A stretch of DNA of 63,143 nucleotides, filler included, from Reticulomyxa filosa (taxonomy: Eukaryota; Protista; Foraminifera), in assembly GCA_000512085.1 (NCBI GenBank). It is 9 parts of 9 records of this genome, joined end to end, with 100 filler letters (N's around TTAATTAATTAA, not from the genome) between each part and the next. Parts side by side here need not be neighbours in the genome. Positions count along the whole stretch, not along the records: positions 35,606 to 41,489 come from ASPP01010648.1; positions 41,590 to 42,907 come from ASPP01011416.1; positions 43,008 to 45,644 come from ASPP01025192.1; positions 45,745 to 47,737 come from ASPP01001012.1; positions 47,838 to 50,159 come from ASPP01040376.1; positions 50,260 to 58,730 come from ASPP01008866.1; 3 more parts are not named here. The stretch is one strand, 5' to 3'. The notes below the pieces were generated by a model. The model was not told the origin of the DNA. It saw only the letters and a program-made list of their open reading frames with translations, and did not search any database. The position numbers were made by a program, and so were the translations under genes. Shown in pieces: positions 40,351-53,606 of this stretch (position 1 is the first letter of the stretch; every line of letters begins with the position of its first letter).

Positions 40351-41434
40351 TAAAAAAAAGCAAACCTCGGCATCATCGGCAGTAAGTTGAGCAACGGTCA
40401 GACGGGCTGAAGGCGTTTTCAAAAACTCTCGAATACGAGTGTAAATGGTACTGGCGCTCAGCTTGGCCACTCGAACCACTTCCTCTTCTGTACGATAACA
40501 ATCATGGATCTTGGAGGCAATGAGAAGACAGGCGCCAACCACGCCGGCGGGTCTTCGGCCTGTGTCGAGCCATTCCTTTTTCATTCGTTGGACGAGACGT
40601 ATTGTGGTGTTTGCCACGGCCGCGGCTTTGTCTCCAAAGTCAAGCTCTTTCACAAATCGCTCGACGAAAATTGTGGGATCATTCAATGTCGGCAATTGGT
40701 AGGGCAATTCGCGACAAATTCGATAAAACAGACGCGCCAATCGAAACACATTTACTCTTATCACCGTTGCAAAATCAATCAATAAAAAAGGCTCAGGTTT
40801 TGTTTGGTCTCGACAAGATATGTACAAACACACACATGCCATTAATTCTCGCCTACAACCACGCGTTAATCCTTTCTCATTGCACATGCGCCAGCTATTT
40901 TGCATTCACATGCTTTCATATTTTGCAAGTTCATACGCACACACACACACCCCTTTTTTTGCATGCTTAACATCTTTGCTGCTCTGTTGCACACTGCTTC
41001 CGGTCGGTTCAGTTCCATTTGCTGCGCAATGCTGTCAATCAATGATTGAGCTTCTCTTCCTGTACGCTCACTTGAGGTCTTTTTTTTTTTTTTTTTAATT
41101 TACTTCTTTTTTTGATCGGTTTTTTTTTTTTATGTACACAAACCATACACTCAACTGTCAACATATCAAAGGGCATACTCTCTCCGACTTTCGGGGCCTT
41201 CATTTTCTTTTCAGATCCCCCAAAGTTTTGGAAGTAACCCCTCTGTTTTATTCCCCCATCCTCGGATCTTACTGCGGTAAATTCTATCTCAAACTGCTCT
41301 GCTAGCACATATCCACATTTGGTACAGCATGTGTCGTAACTGTTTAGGTCATGCGTCACTGTTGTTGGACCACACTGTGGACACACTTGTTGTTCTGCTT
41401 CTGTTTTACTAATATCAAAAAATATATCGTTCAT
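39301..41434 (-). CDS. BRF1: TFIIIB subunit BRF1, multi-exon, one-base frameshift near 40055
   Basis: Zinc ribbon CPQCG..CTKCG; cyclin repeats 'CLYISCR', 'LLIDF', 'GRRPAGVVGACLLIA'; 'APPAF'; C-terminal 'LSDVSDEEVNQMILS..ERKLK'. Confidence 0.93.
40300..40343 (+). repeat. (GAT)n microsatellite inside a BRF1 intron
   Basis: About 14 perfect GAT units. Confidence 0.9.
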
Positions 41435-41589
41435 GCTTCAGCAGCTTTTCCAATCAAATCGAAAAATATTTTGCAAATGTTTTTTTTTTNNNNNNNNNNN
41501 NNNNNNNNNNNNNNNNNNNNNNNNNNNNNNNNNTTAATTAATTAANNNNNNNNNNNNNNNNNNNNNNNNNNNNNNNNNNNNNNNNNNNN

Positions 41590-41623
<34 letters not shown>

Positions 41624-41692
41624 GGGATAAAACACTACCTTAAAACATACACACATACACACATACACACATACATGTACATACATAATATA

Positions 41693-42143
41693 GGCGGACG
41701 AAACAAAATGGTATCAAGTGACGTGGTGGCGCAAACAACATCCGGCACAAAAAATGTCACAGTCATTTGAAAAGACAGAGTCGAAAGCGTTAGTTGTGAC
41801 CATTATTCCGGAAGTGCAATACAAGTTTGTGGTCGAAGGACTGAGCGCGGAACGACAAGTGATCATCAAGTCGATCGAATACACAATCGAAGGCAAAGCC
41901 CCCGACGAAGCATGGGCGTGTGCTCCTCCAGTCGCATCAAAGTGCAAGGATATGCGTCTGGCTCCAACCGTTCCAATCTCAAACGACAAGACCTAGTCAA
42001 ACAAGGAGCCACCAAAGCCTCTGGATGGAAGGTCGATTCTAAGAGTCGAAAAGCTGCTCTTGGGCCTTGGGTTGAGCATTGGAGCTCGCCTGAAGTTTTG
42101 TGATCATTATTATACATATATTAATGTATACATGTATAATTTA

Positions 42144-42177
<34 letters not shown>

Positions 42178-42860
42178 TGTGTGTATTTGAAAAGAACAAA
42201 GACATTGCAGAAAACATTCGTAGTATGATGCTTAACGACTATAAGATGTCCCGTGTCGAAGTGTCGCAAATATGTTTGGTGCGTGTGAACAGTAGCAAGT
42301 CACAATCGTACATGAGTAGGCGATTGTCGATTGCAGGGTTCCTCGCTTTGATTTTCGTTGGACTGTTATGGTTTCGACAACGGTCAAAAATCGAAGGCGG
42401 TGCTGCTGCCACAGTTGCCGCTATGCTGCTTTCATTGAGGAAATCCGCTCATAAGTTGTTTGGATCGCTCGAAAGCGGCATTAAGATAATTGGCGCTGGT
42501 AATAGCAGTAATCACAATACCAACAGCAACAATCACAACATAAATAGCAATAGCAACGGCCATGATGCTATCAATACCGAGGGAAACATAAGCGCAAAGT
42601 ATGGTGGCAAACGCGGACATGCCCATGAAAGTGATGATGACGATGATGAAAACGATTTGGACATCAAGGTCACAGATGCAGGTCATAGATCAGGGGGTGC
42701 CATTGACACCGAAGGCGGAGGATATGCGGAAACGCGCATTCGTAATGTCACCAGTGGGGTCGCTGCTTCCAATTTAGTCAAGCGTAGTTATGAAAACCAT
42801 CCCGAGAAAAAAACGTCCAAGACTTCCTCCTCTTCAAAGTTAACGACAATCCTTTTCCTA
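41693..42860 (+). CDS. Partial single-pass membrane protein gene (contig-truncated)
   Basis: Coding-like exons 41693-~42095 and 42202-~42840; TM segment 'LSIAGFLALIFVGLLWF' followed by low-complexity tail. Confidence 0.5.
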
Positions 42861-43007
42861 CTCTTTTACTCAGAGCAACAGTTTCATCTCAAAAAAAAAA
42901 AAAAAAANNNNNNNNNNNNNNNNNNNNNNNNNNNNNNNNNNNNNNNNNNNNTTAATTAATTAANNNNNNNNNNNNNNNNNNNNNNNNNNNNNNNNNNNNN
43001 NNNNNNN

Positions 43008-45644
43008 TCCGACATTAAAGAAATACCTACCTCAGATGCTCAAGACATAATACCACAACACTACGAGCAGGCCCATGCGGACCGGGACCCGGATGAGCAT
43101 CAAATGCAAATCATCAACATCGAGCATGTTCGAGGCGATGATCGAGCTAACCCACCAGACGTAGCAGTTATCCAATATCCTGCATTCCAATATTCGTTTG
43201 AGCAAGACGAATTATTTGACAACATTACATTGCCACCAACAAGTCCACCTCAACAACATCCACCACCTGACCAGCACACGCAGAGCATTCTACAGTGTCC
43301 GGTCTTTGGCTGTCAATCATTATTTAAAACGGAGGCAGGCTTGCACCTTCACATCAATGGCCACATTGCAGACCACTCCAAGGGCCAAGTGCCAGCGACA
43401 TATTTTCAAGGGTTTGGAAGAGTCATATGTTACCGTTGCAACCGCGTACTACCAATATCTGTAGCAGTGGACAATATGCATAGGAAATGCTTCGAGCAAT
43501 GGATTGATCAACAAAACGCACAACAAGCCATTATTGAAAGACAGCAGCATTTGGAACAAAAATATCCAGAAGCGATTGGAGCATGGCAAATTCCATCTAT
43601 TGAAGAAATTATCAACAAACCAGCGAAAATCATCGCCCGCGTACCCAAAGCCGCGCGAAGCGCATTTGCATCTGTCGCAGCATGGACATTACGAGACATA
43701 TCAAATAACAATAATATTGGCTCATGGACAAAGTGGTTATTATTGTGTAGGTTGATCCTATGGGACCCAGGCAGAGGAGGGATCAAACATACGAATACAA
43801 CAACAAAAATAATCATCAACAGAATTAAGTTATGGAAGGAAGATAACATCAAGAAATTATGGGAGGAATTTTGCACGCACTCAGAGGCACTTCCCAAACC
43901 AACCAACAGAAGGAAAAAAGAGCCTCCGACAGGGCCAAAGCCGGACTCAACACACGCAAAAGCAATTAAGCTTGCGTCATTAGGGGAGCTAGCTAAAGCA
44001 TTCAAGGCATTAACCCCATGCCAATCAGTATGCTACGATCCAAATACAATCAATCAATTGCAGGAGAAACACCCATTCGAGCCCCCTCCGACCACAATAT
44101 TGCAAGCAATCCAAAGGGATGAGAATAACAGAAGATTAACTCCAGTTCCGAAACAGGACAGCATTTCGGTGGATGATGTAGTTTTATACATTAAAAGGCT
44201 AGGGAGGACATCGTCAGGTGGAGTAGATTTATTCGCGGCCCAGCATTTAATCGACATAGCTGCATTTGAGTTTGAATCTCGAACATTAACGAATTGGGCA
44301 AAAGTGGTCACATTAATTATGAACGGAGAAGTTTGTGATGACGCGGCCCCCATAGCATATGGAGCGAGATTGATCGGCATATCTAAGCCAGACGGAAGCC
44401 CCAGACCAATAGCAATTGGTTCATTGCTTAGAAGGTCAGCGGGAGCGATTTTGATGAGAAGACACTCCAATCGTATCAAGAACGTCGTAGGACCTAATCA
44501 ATTTGGTATCAACATAAAGGCTGGGATAGAAATGTTCGTGCATGGTTTTAAGGCCGTCCTGCAACATATTCGTGCAATCGATGATGCGGTAGCAATCAAA
44601 GTAGATTTCAAAAATGCATTTAATGCATGCAAACGTTCGAAACTTTTGGACCTGGTCAGAAGGCAAATCCCTGAACTATACGGTTATGTCAAAGGCTGTT
44701 ATGCGGCACACGTCCCACTCTTCCTCCCAAATGGCTCCATCATACAATCATGCACCGGGGTACATCAGGGAGACCCCTTGGGCGGATCCTTGTTCGCAAT
44801 CATACTCGCAGACGCGTTAAAGACAGCATTTGCAGGCCTGGATAATTTATATCACGCGGCGTACCACGATGACCTTACATTGGCCTCTCCATCTTCAGCA
44901 TCGATTATTGTGGCATTAACATCTCTTGGAACACTCAAAGACACTCATGGCATCCATATCAACTACGCCAAGACGGAATGGATCTCCAACATAGCAACAA
45001 CACCGCCATCCCAATTCACCGGTATCACACACAACACAACGTTCGATACCTCGTTGGTTAGTGTTCCGATCGGACGGACACATTATGTCAGCAATGAAAT
45101 GGACAGCAAGCAGAAGGAATGGGCGTCCCAATTTGACAAGATTATGGCCCTACGTCATTCCCAAACCATGCTGCTTATATTGCGGAGTTCCATGCAATTG
45201 GCGAAAGTCAATTATTTTATTCGTTCCAACTTCTCTGGGTACAACTCCGGGTGGTTGAGGAAATTTGACGACAAAATGCGTCAAACAATGGAGGCAATTA
45301 CAGCGCATCCTATTACTTCACAACAATGGAAACAGTGCCAACTCCCAGTTCGGAAGGGAGGTTTAGGACTAAAGACAGCATTACCTTATGCGAGTGCCGC
45401 ATTTATTGCTTCCGCACTAGCAGCCTCCAAGCTCCTGCCGTCGATCCATAAGACAATCAAAGACGTGAATTGGCTACCAACAATCGAGATCGACAACGCC
45501 ATTCACGACTACAACATGCATACCCCCAATCAGGAGAACATCACAGACCTGAACATTCTGCCAGATCAAGCATACTTGTCCAAGGCAGTCTCGAAGAACA
45601 TGCGCAAGCAGTTCCTGGAAAATTGTTGCCCAAGATCGAAGGCC
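43008..45644 (+). mobile_element. Non-LTR retrotransposon, CRE/SLACS-like clade, ORF truncated at both contig ends
   Basis: One frame open over the whole contig; C2H2 finger CPVFGC..HINGH, second C..C/H..C finger; RT motifs KPDGSPRPIAIG.LLRR, QFGI, VDFKNAFN, GVHQGDPLG, AYHDD, LPVRKGGLGL; no APE domain before the RT. Confidence 0.9.
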
Positions 45645-45744
45645 NNNNNNNNNNNNNNNNNNNNNNNNNNNNNNNNNNNNNNNNNNNNTTAATTAATTAA
45701 NNNNNNNNNNNNNNNNNNNNNNNNNNNNNNNNNNNNNNNNNNNN

Positions 45745-46090
45745 CATTGAAAATATGCAACTAAATATGGTTGTATCAAATCACTTTCATTCTTTGGATG
45801 AGGTGTATTGGATGGAACTGTTTTCATCCATCGATTATCCACTCTCACCAAAATAGAGTCTGATGTTTTACACAAACTTAAATAAATACAATGATCTTTA
45901 TGACCAACCACCAAACTCATTTCATTATATTTATTCGGTGATATTGTTTTCATATTCATCAAACGATCCACCACAAGTTTTTTTTAGAGTTTTTTTTTCG
46001 AAACAAAAAACTATAAAATTAGATTGTTCCAAAAATTTATTATTTTGAGTTTGAAAATTGATATCAATTGATTCACATTAGAATTGAACC
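45745..46090 (-). CDS. Fragment of an unidentified protein, cut by contig end
   Basis: ORF 'NEMSLVVGHKDHCIYLSLCKTSDSILVRVDNRW..IQPYLVAYFQ' runs into the linker. Confidence 0.45.
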
Positions 46091-46119
46091 TTACAACTTT
46101 TGTCATTGAAAAAACGATA

Positions 46120-47460
46120 TTATCCCCAAATATGAAGCAAACCTTTGTATGTACCATAGCATAAATGAATACCGGAACCACGATTATCATTACTTTTCTT
46201 TTTTAATTGCATAAATGCAAGACAACACATTTCATCTTCTTCATCTCCATTAATCATATATAATTCATTCTTATTTGATCGAATATCCCAAAAACGAATT
46301 GTATTACCAGCTGCAGAACATACTACGTTTGAAGTATCATCACCTTCACTATCATGTATCACAAATTGTGAATATGCAACTTCATTTATAGTTTCTGTAT
46401 GTCCATTGAATACTTGAATTTGTTGACCAGATCGAATATCCCACAAACGAACACTTTTATCAGATGATCCAGATAATACTGTATTTAGTGATTCATTTGA
46501 TCCATATTTTACACTATTCACTGCATATGCATGTCCTTTAAATACAATCAATTGTTTAGTTGTTTCAATATCCCATATACGGATGGTTCTATCTCTTGAT
46601 GCAGAACAAATTGTATATCCATTGCCGCCAATCACACCAATATTACTATTTTTATTGTTATTACTTTGCGATGATGAAATATCAACACTAAAAATCCAAT
46701 CTTTATGTTCATCGAAAACATGTAATGATTTTGATGTTTCAACATCCCATAAACGGATTGTGTTATCATATGATCCAGAACACAAATATCGACCACCATT
46801 AAATGATGAAAATTCAATGCTACTCACACCATCAGTGTGTTGATTGAATACCTTTAATTGTTGATTATTTTTGATATCCCAAAAAAGAATGTCTATTTCA
46901 TCTGCTGATGAACAAATAACATTGCGACGATAATTATGATAATGATATGGTGAAAATTTTACACATTTCACATCATTTGAATGTCCGTTGAATGATTGAA
47001 TTCGTTTATTGGTGCCAGCATCCCATACACAAACTGTTTTATCACCTGATCCAGAACAAATAAATTGGCCATCACCAAATGTTGAACAATCAATACTAGT
47101 TACAAGTGTTGTGTGCTCAGTAAAGGTTTTGAGCAATTTAGATGATAAACGAAAAAAGTCGAATATAAAAATGTTAATGGCCTGTGTCAAAAACCATGAT
47201 TATAGAAAAATATTTAAATTTTTTGTTTTACATTTAAAAATAATAAACACAAACATATTTGCTAATAAGTTTATCGAAATCATGAATCCATCCTAATTTG
47301 ATGTTTAATATTCGATTCCAATGTCGAATAATTAATGGAATCTCTTCTTCTTTTAACTGATTCAATTACAAACCACACACAACTACAACTTAAAAGATAA
47401 ACAGAACGAGCTTACCAAGGGTAGTTGCGTTGATGTCTTTGTTTCAGTATGAGTGGTCAT
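46120..47460 (-). CDS. WD40-repeat protein, paralogue of 2010..3382 (3 exons)
   Basis: MTTHTETKTSTQLPL|LKEEEIPLIIRHWNRILNIKLGWIHDFDKLISKY|AINIFIFDFFRLSSKLLK..; same repeat order. Confidence 0.9.
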
Positions 47461-47949
47461 GCTCTCTACTTATTTTACTTGACAGAAGAGAAACAAAATT
47501 ATCAATATCAATTTCCAAAGTCCGAATTTTTAAAAAAAGAATAAAGATTTTTTTAATAATTAAACAACCTTTCATTAATCTTGAAAAAAAAGAATGACTA
47601 CTCAGGGCAATAAAAAACAACCAAAATTTGTAAGCTTTCTATGTTGGTTGACTTTGAGTTTTCATTTTTTATTTTATTTTTGTATATTATTTGTGATTGA
47701 ATTAGCAAGAAGAAATACAATTAATTGTTCGATATTGNNNNNNNNNNNNNNNNNNNNNNNNNNNNNNNNNNNNNNNNNNNNTTAATTAATTAANNNNNNN
47801 NNNNNNNNNNNNNNNNNNNNNNNNNNNNNNNNNNNNNGAATCTTTGGAGAAAAAAATTTCAAAATAACGTATACTATTTTTTTTTTTGTTATCCTTTTTC
47901 CAAAACAAAACAAAATGATAAATTTGCATAAAATGAATCGCGTGTTATG

Positions 47950-50159
47950 TATCAATGCGAAGAACCTACAAGTGCAGTGCAAAGTGGTTGTACGGTGAAG
48001 CAGAGCTGAAGGCGATACGTCAGTACAGAATGATGTTTGAAAACACTTAATCGATAGTGATACAGTAAATGGGCGGTTTGACACAAGTGGTGACATTGAT
48101 TGCAAATAATCCATCCTTGCAATGCGCAGCAGGTGTCATGCGAACAATACGACAACTCAGACATTTTTCTGTTTGTCCGCATATGCCTGGGTAGCTTGGG
48201 CGTGGTGATGCAAATGACCTTGCAATGCGTGAATAGTCACATGCTGAAGGAAGAAGTGTAGCTTTGGTCCGGTAATGTTAAATTCTGACACCCTAGGACA
48301 AGTGTCGCAACATTTGCATAGTTTAATCATGTTGCAAGCGAAACATTGTTTTGCTCGAGACATTCGAGATTTTTCAATGGCTTCGGCACATGTTAAACGC
48401 GCAACGTATGCCTACAGTGGGCGCCTGGCATGCTAAGAATAGCAGCAACAATCGTCCGCATTAGCACAAATATCAACGCTTTGTTTACCTGCACTAAAGT
48501 TAAATAGTTTAAACAATAGTGCTTATCATAAATTGAAAAAAAGAACAGTTTCCACTCACAAACAAAACTACACCCACACAAATGACACCTAACAATTTGA
48601 AACATGGAAAGCAGAACCAATGCAGAAATGATTCAGCAGCACATGTTTACTCCAAGTAATCATTGTGTGATTTGTTTTGTGGCCCCCTGGAATGGTAAAT
48701 TTTGTTCAAAAGATTCTTCTACAGGCTGGCCATCATCAAAGTCACATTTTAAAGTTGTCGCGGCATAATAACGAATCACTTAAATGATTTAAGTAATACC
48801 TCATCGATTCTTCGTCATCATATACAATGTCACGAAACAAGCACAGCAAACTTGCAAATGTTCAAATGCCAGCTTTTTTGTTTAGCTGAAGCATTAAGAT
48901 AATTTTCTATTAGCGCATACTGGACGTGCTGACTGAAGATATGACGCAAAGTTAACTCAATAATCATTGTATTATAAGGAGATCTAAAAATATGTACATA
49001 TAATTATGTAAATATATAATTATACATATATATAATTATATATACATATATATGTTTGATACAAAACGGATTGTATAATAAATGTCTATTTGTCATATTG
49101 CAATATCTTTTAATCATCAGAATCAAGCATGGCATAGACAATACTCAAATTGCTAGATAGTAAGGATTGCAAAATGGGTTTGTCTTTGGATCGTCTGTCA
49201 CAGAAGGTGAGGTATTGCAAACTCGAACTCAGCAAGTGATGTATTTGAAGACTGGAGCAACCTCATTGTCTGTTCAGATGGAAAAACAAAATCCCAAACA
49301 AGCATTACATGGCCACTCGGGACTGCAGGATATCTTCGAGCGCTTTTTGTCTGCGAATATACGTATCCAGTCGGATTTTGATCGACGAGATCAACAATTG
49401 ATTGATCAATGTGACATCGGTGCGCAACAGTTCCTCGCACATTCCTAAGCTCCGTTCGTCAGTCAGTCAATAGTCTTGCTATTTTGTTTCCTCCAAGTCC
49501 GTGTTTTTCTGTTTCGATTCCGCTATGGCCGTATCGGCACTCGTGCCGCCATGATTGTGATTACGGTTTTCACTCTTGCCCTCGCCATTGGCCGCACGAC
49601 AAGAAGTGACCAGTTTCAAACTCGACTGTGTTTTCATTGGATGAAACAGACATTGATGCAAACGATTGAACAGTACATTGACTAGTTGAATGCTGTCATT
49701 CAAATAGCCCTTGTTCGTCATGTTCTCAGCATTTGGAAGTTGAATTAGCAGTACAAACACAAGAAAAAGTATATTATTCATTTTTTTATCGTTAAAGTTG
49801 GGAAGTCTCCATTCTTGATTGTTGGGTTTCACGAATTCGCAAATCAATGCAATGCGTGCTATATCTCACAAACCATGCATTTATATATACATACATATAT
49901 TATATGTATGTATATAAACGCACCGCCTAAAAGCAATTGGTAGTCCCATAAATAACAAGCCAAATGATAAATGGAAGAATCGAATCGTTTGAACTGACTC
50001 TGCTTTTCACTCATGAAAGGCTCTTTTTGAACAATGGCGACGTATGTGAACTTGGATGCCTGTTGACACAGACTGGCAAAAGGGTGCTTATAGCGATACA
50101 CATTGGCAGCAAAGTACAGTCGGAATTTGGAAACGAGTTCCTCTAGCTGCTTGAAACTG
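47950..50159 (-). pseudogene. Pseudogene of a large helical protein
   Basis: Exon/intron structure visible (AT-repeat introns ~48985-49065 and ~49860-49920) but coding frame carries many in-frame stops. Confidence 0.55.
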
Positions 50160-50259
50160 NNNNNNNNNNNNNNNNNNNNNNNNNNNNNNNNNNNNNNNNN
50201 NNNTTAATTAATTAANNNNNNNNNNNNNNNNNNNNNNNNNNNNNNNNNNNNNNNNNNNN

Positions 50260-50445
50260 AGAAGAAGAAGAAGAAGACTGTTCCGATTGTGGTCGCTCCA
50301 TTTGTCGATACGAGTCGCTGAGCACCACTTCGTTGGACTCTCTGTGCGTTCGGCGAGTCTTGTTTTTCCACACTCTCATTGGCACTGCTTGCGAATTGGA
50401 TACTTTGTTATCCACGCCAATATCATTCTCTTTACTATCATTATC

Positions 50446-50477
<32 letters not shown>

Positions 50478-51097
50478 CACTGTTAACAATGTCATTAACA
50501 GTGCGATAGTCTTTGGCATTGATGTTATTGTGCTGAGGATTGACATCACTGACTTCCTGATTGGACGCGGCCGAAACACGTGCGTAACGGTTTTTTGATA
50601 GCGATATCACAGGGCCTGAGACGGCCTCGTCTTGTCCTTTGGACGCACTCGACTTGGATTGTTGGGGAATCATCGTCGTCGTCATCGTCGTCGTTGTCGT
50701 TGTCGTCGTTATGTCGTGCTTGCTTGATGTCTTCCAATTGCCGTCATTACCACCACTACCGCCACCACGATGGCTATAGCCAGTTCGTCGTGGCTGCGAT
50801 GTTGGCCATTGATTCATGTTATCCTCGTCGTTATTGTAATTGTAATTATAATTGTAATTGTGATTGTAGTTATAGTCGTAGTCGTTATCGTAGTCGTGGC
50901 CTGCATGGCCACCACGTAGATTTCGATTGCGATCTCGAGTGGAGTTGCTCGTCCCAATTAAGGTGTTGGCATTCCTCTCCGCTTTCCAATTGTCAACGTT
51001 TGCTGTTTGGTACATGTTGCTTCGCTTTTGGTCATTTGTGCTGTCCCTTTGGCGATTGTGTTTTCTCATGTCCATGTTATCATTATTATTATTATTA

Positions 51098-51135
<38 letters not shown>

Positions 51136-51837
51136 GTTGTTGTCGTTGTTATCATCATTATTATCATTGTTATTGTTATTGCCATTGTCAAGGTTATTTC
51201 GATTTGCAAAAAAAGTTCGCGTGTTTAAATTGTTATTCCACGTGCGGAAATTCGGATCTTTTCGGTAGTTGTCTCCTCCTCTTCCTCGTCGAGAGAATGA
51301 AGGATACGTATCGGTGTTTCTTTGATTGAAAAACCTCGGATAAGAAGATTTGTTTTCATTAGTATCTTCTCCTTGTTCTTGTTCTTGTTCTTGTTCTTGT
51401 TCTTGTTCGTTTTCATTGACAGCATCATTTCTCATTGCGTTGTTATTGCCATACCTCCCTCGTCCACGACCTCGGTCTCGTCTCCAACCTCGATTTTGAC
51501 TTTGACTTTGACTTTGACTTTGACTTTGACCTTGATCTTGGCCCCTGCGATTGTAATGTCCGCGAGACCTATCTTCGGTATCATAAGGCGGTGGTACATA
51601 ATCCTTTGCCCTGCTTTGACTCGGCTGGGGATGGACATCCTGATCTGCGATATCCCGTGAGTCCATTACCGGCGGAAGCACTGCCATAACCCCAGGGGGC
51701 TTATCACTGCCAAATCCACGCACGTGTGGAGGTACATAGCGCTTCGATGACGGCATCGGGCCGCCGCTCGCTTCTGCCGTTTCGTTGTCTGCCATGTCAA
51801 AAGTGGCTGACATCTCCGACATTGTTGCTTCTGTCAT
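50260..51837 (-). CDS. N-terminal low-complexity region (N/D/Q/RG-rich) of a probable RNA-associated protein, truncated
   Basis: >520 open codons; KRYVPPHVRG, RGRGRG, poly-N, (QS)n, (EQ)n, (YN)n, (ND)n. Confidence 0.7.
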
Positions 51838-52525
51838 CACTTTGGTACAAAATTAATCAAGGCGAGCAAAGTCTGAACACTTCAGCAAGTGGGATATAGA
51901 GAAGATGGCAATAATGTACACGGCAATCCCTCAACCAAACCTAGAGCCTCTCAACACACTGTTCTTTTTATTGTTTGTATTCACATTATGCAATTACTTT
52001 TAATTCTGTGTACAAAAAGTAAACTATTTACATAATAGACACAATTTTCCAACTGTTGTAGGAGTACTAAGTAATGGCCATAGTGCATAGCCCAAGCTAA
52101 AATTATTTTCAAACTTTTGAACAATTTTCACAGTTTATATCAATCTGAAGGCTACTTAAAAAAATGTCAATGCCCAAATGATAAGGTCTATAGATCGAAC
52201 ATTTATCGAGTCGAAATTTGTAATAATATTTTTGGAAAATACCTCTACTTATTGTATAGGAAAGAGGGCTTCCCTTTTCCATTGGCCTTGCCCTGTTGCA
52301 CGTCAAACCGTTGTGTAATAATTAATTTGGTTATGTTTTCTAGACTTGAAAAGTTTTTTAACTAAAGAAACACGTGCCAACCCCCTCCCAAAGTGTGAAT
52401 TGCATTTTTGCATGCCAATTCTCTCATCGAAAAATTTCCAATTTTTTTTGTTGTGTAATACCAAGTGATAGAAAATCACATTATTGAAGTATCTTTTGGT
52501 GTAACTCTGTAAGAAAAGAGCAAAC

Positions 52526-53573
52526 ATGTCCCAAGTAACAAGTCAGGCCCCTCCAAAGCAAAGCCACCATCAATCCGAAACCTCAAACCCAATTATCGTT
52601 ACCAACAATAACAACTATGTTGCAGCAAGTGAAATTGACGCCGCCTCCAACAAAGATGACGGCAAAAAAAAGCCTCGCTACTCAAGTGATCGAGTAATCG
52701 GTAGTGGGTCATTTGGTGTCGTATACAAAGCCGTTTCATTGACAACTAAAGACGTCGTTGCTATCAAAAAAGTCAAGGAAGATCGCAGATACAAAGTTAT
52801 GTTGTATTGTATTATGTGTGACAAAATTTTCTCCAAATTTCAAACTTTTTTTTTTTTCCCTCCCCCTCCCCCCCCCCTTTCCAACTTCAAAAAAAAAAAA
52901 ACAAAACATTGTTCCAATGTAGGATTTACAACCCCTTTCTGGCCCCTTTCCATAAAAGCAAACATTTCTTTTTTTTTTTTTTTTTTTTGGAGCGGACAAA
53001 AACAACAACTTTTTTTTTTTGAAATACATAGAATCGAGAATTGCAGATAATGAAAGTTGTAAAGCATCCAAATATTGTCATGTTAAAAGACTGTTTTTAT
53101 TCCAGAGTTAAACTTTTCTTTTTTTTTTTTTTTTGTAATATTGCCACGTACGTATAACAAATTCTCAAAAAAACTTGATACGCCTAGATCGATAGAGAAG
53201 TATACCTAAATCTGGTAATGGAATATGTGCCAGAGACATTGTATGTAACTATTCGAAATCATGCGAAAGCTGGGCAAACGATCCCTTTTCTTTTGACTAA
53301 AGTTTTAATCATTAAAAAAAAAAAATGTGTTGCACTTTCATACGATCAACAAAATGTATAAAAAAATGAAAAAAAAAAAAAAACTTTGTAATTGTGTGAT
53401 GAAAAAACAGCTCTACACGTATCAAATCTGTCGATCGCTGGCTTATTGTCATTCTCGTGGAATATGTCATCGTGACATTAAGCCACAAAACTTGTTATTA
53501 GATCCAGATACACACACTGTCAAACTGTGTGACTTTGGCAGGTCTTTTTTTTCAAGCTTTATGACACATATAC

Positions 53574-53606
<33 letters not shown>

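Noticed and set aside
49086-49481. Stop-codon reassignment as explanation for in-frame stops
   Set aside because: TAA, TAG and TGA all terminate intact genes in this window (PREP TAA, WD40 at 26051 TAG, BRF1 TGA)
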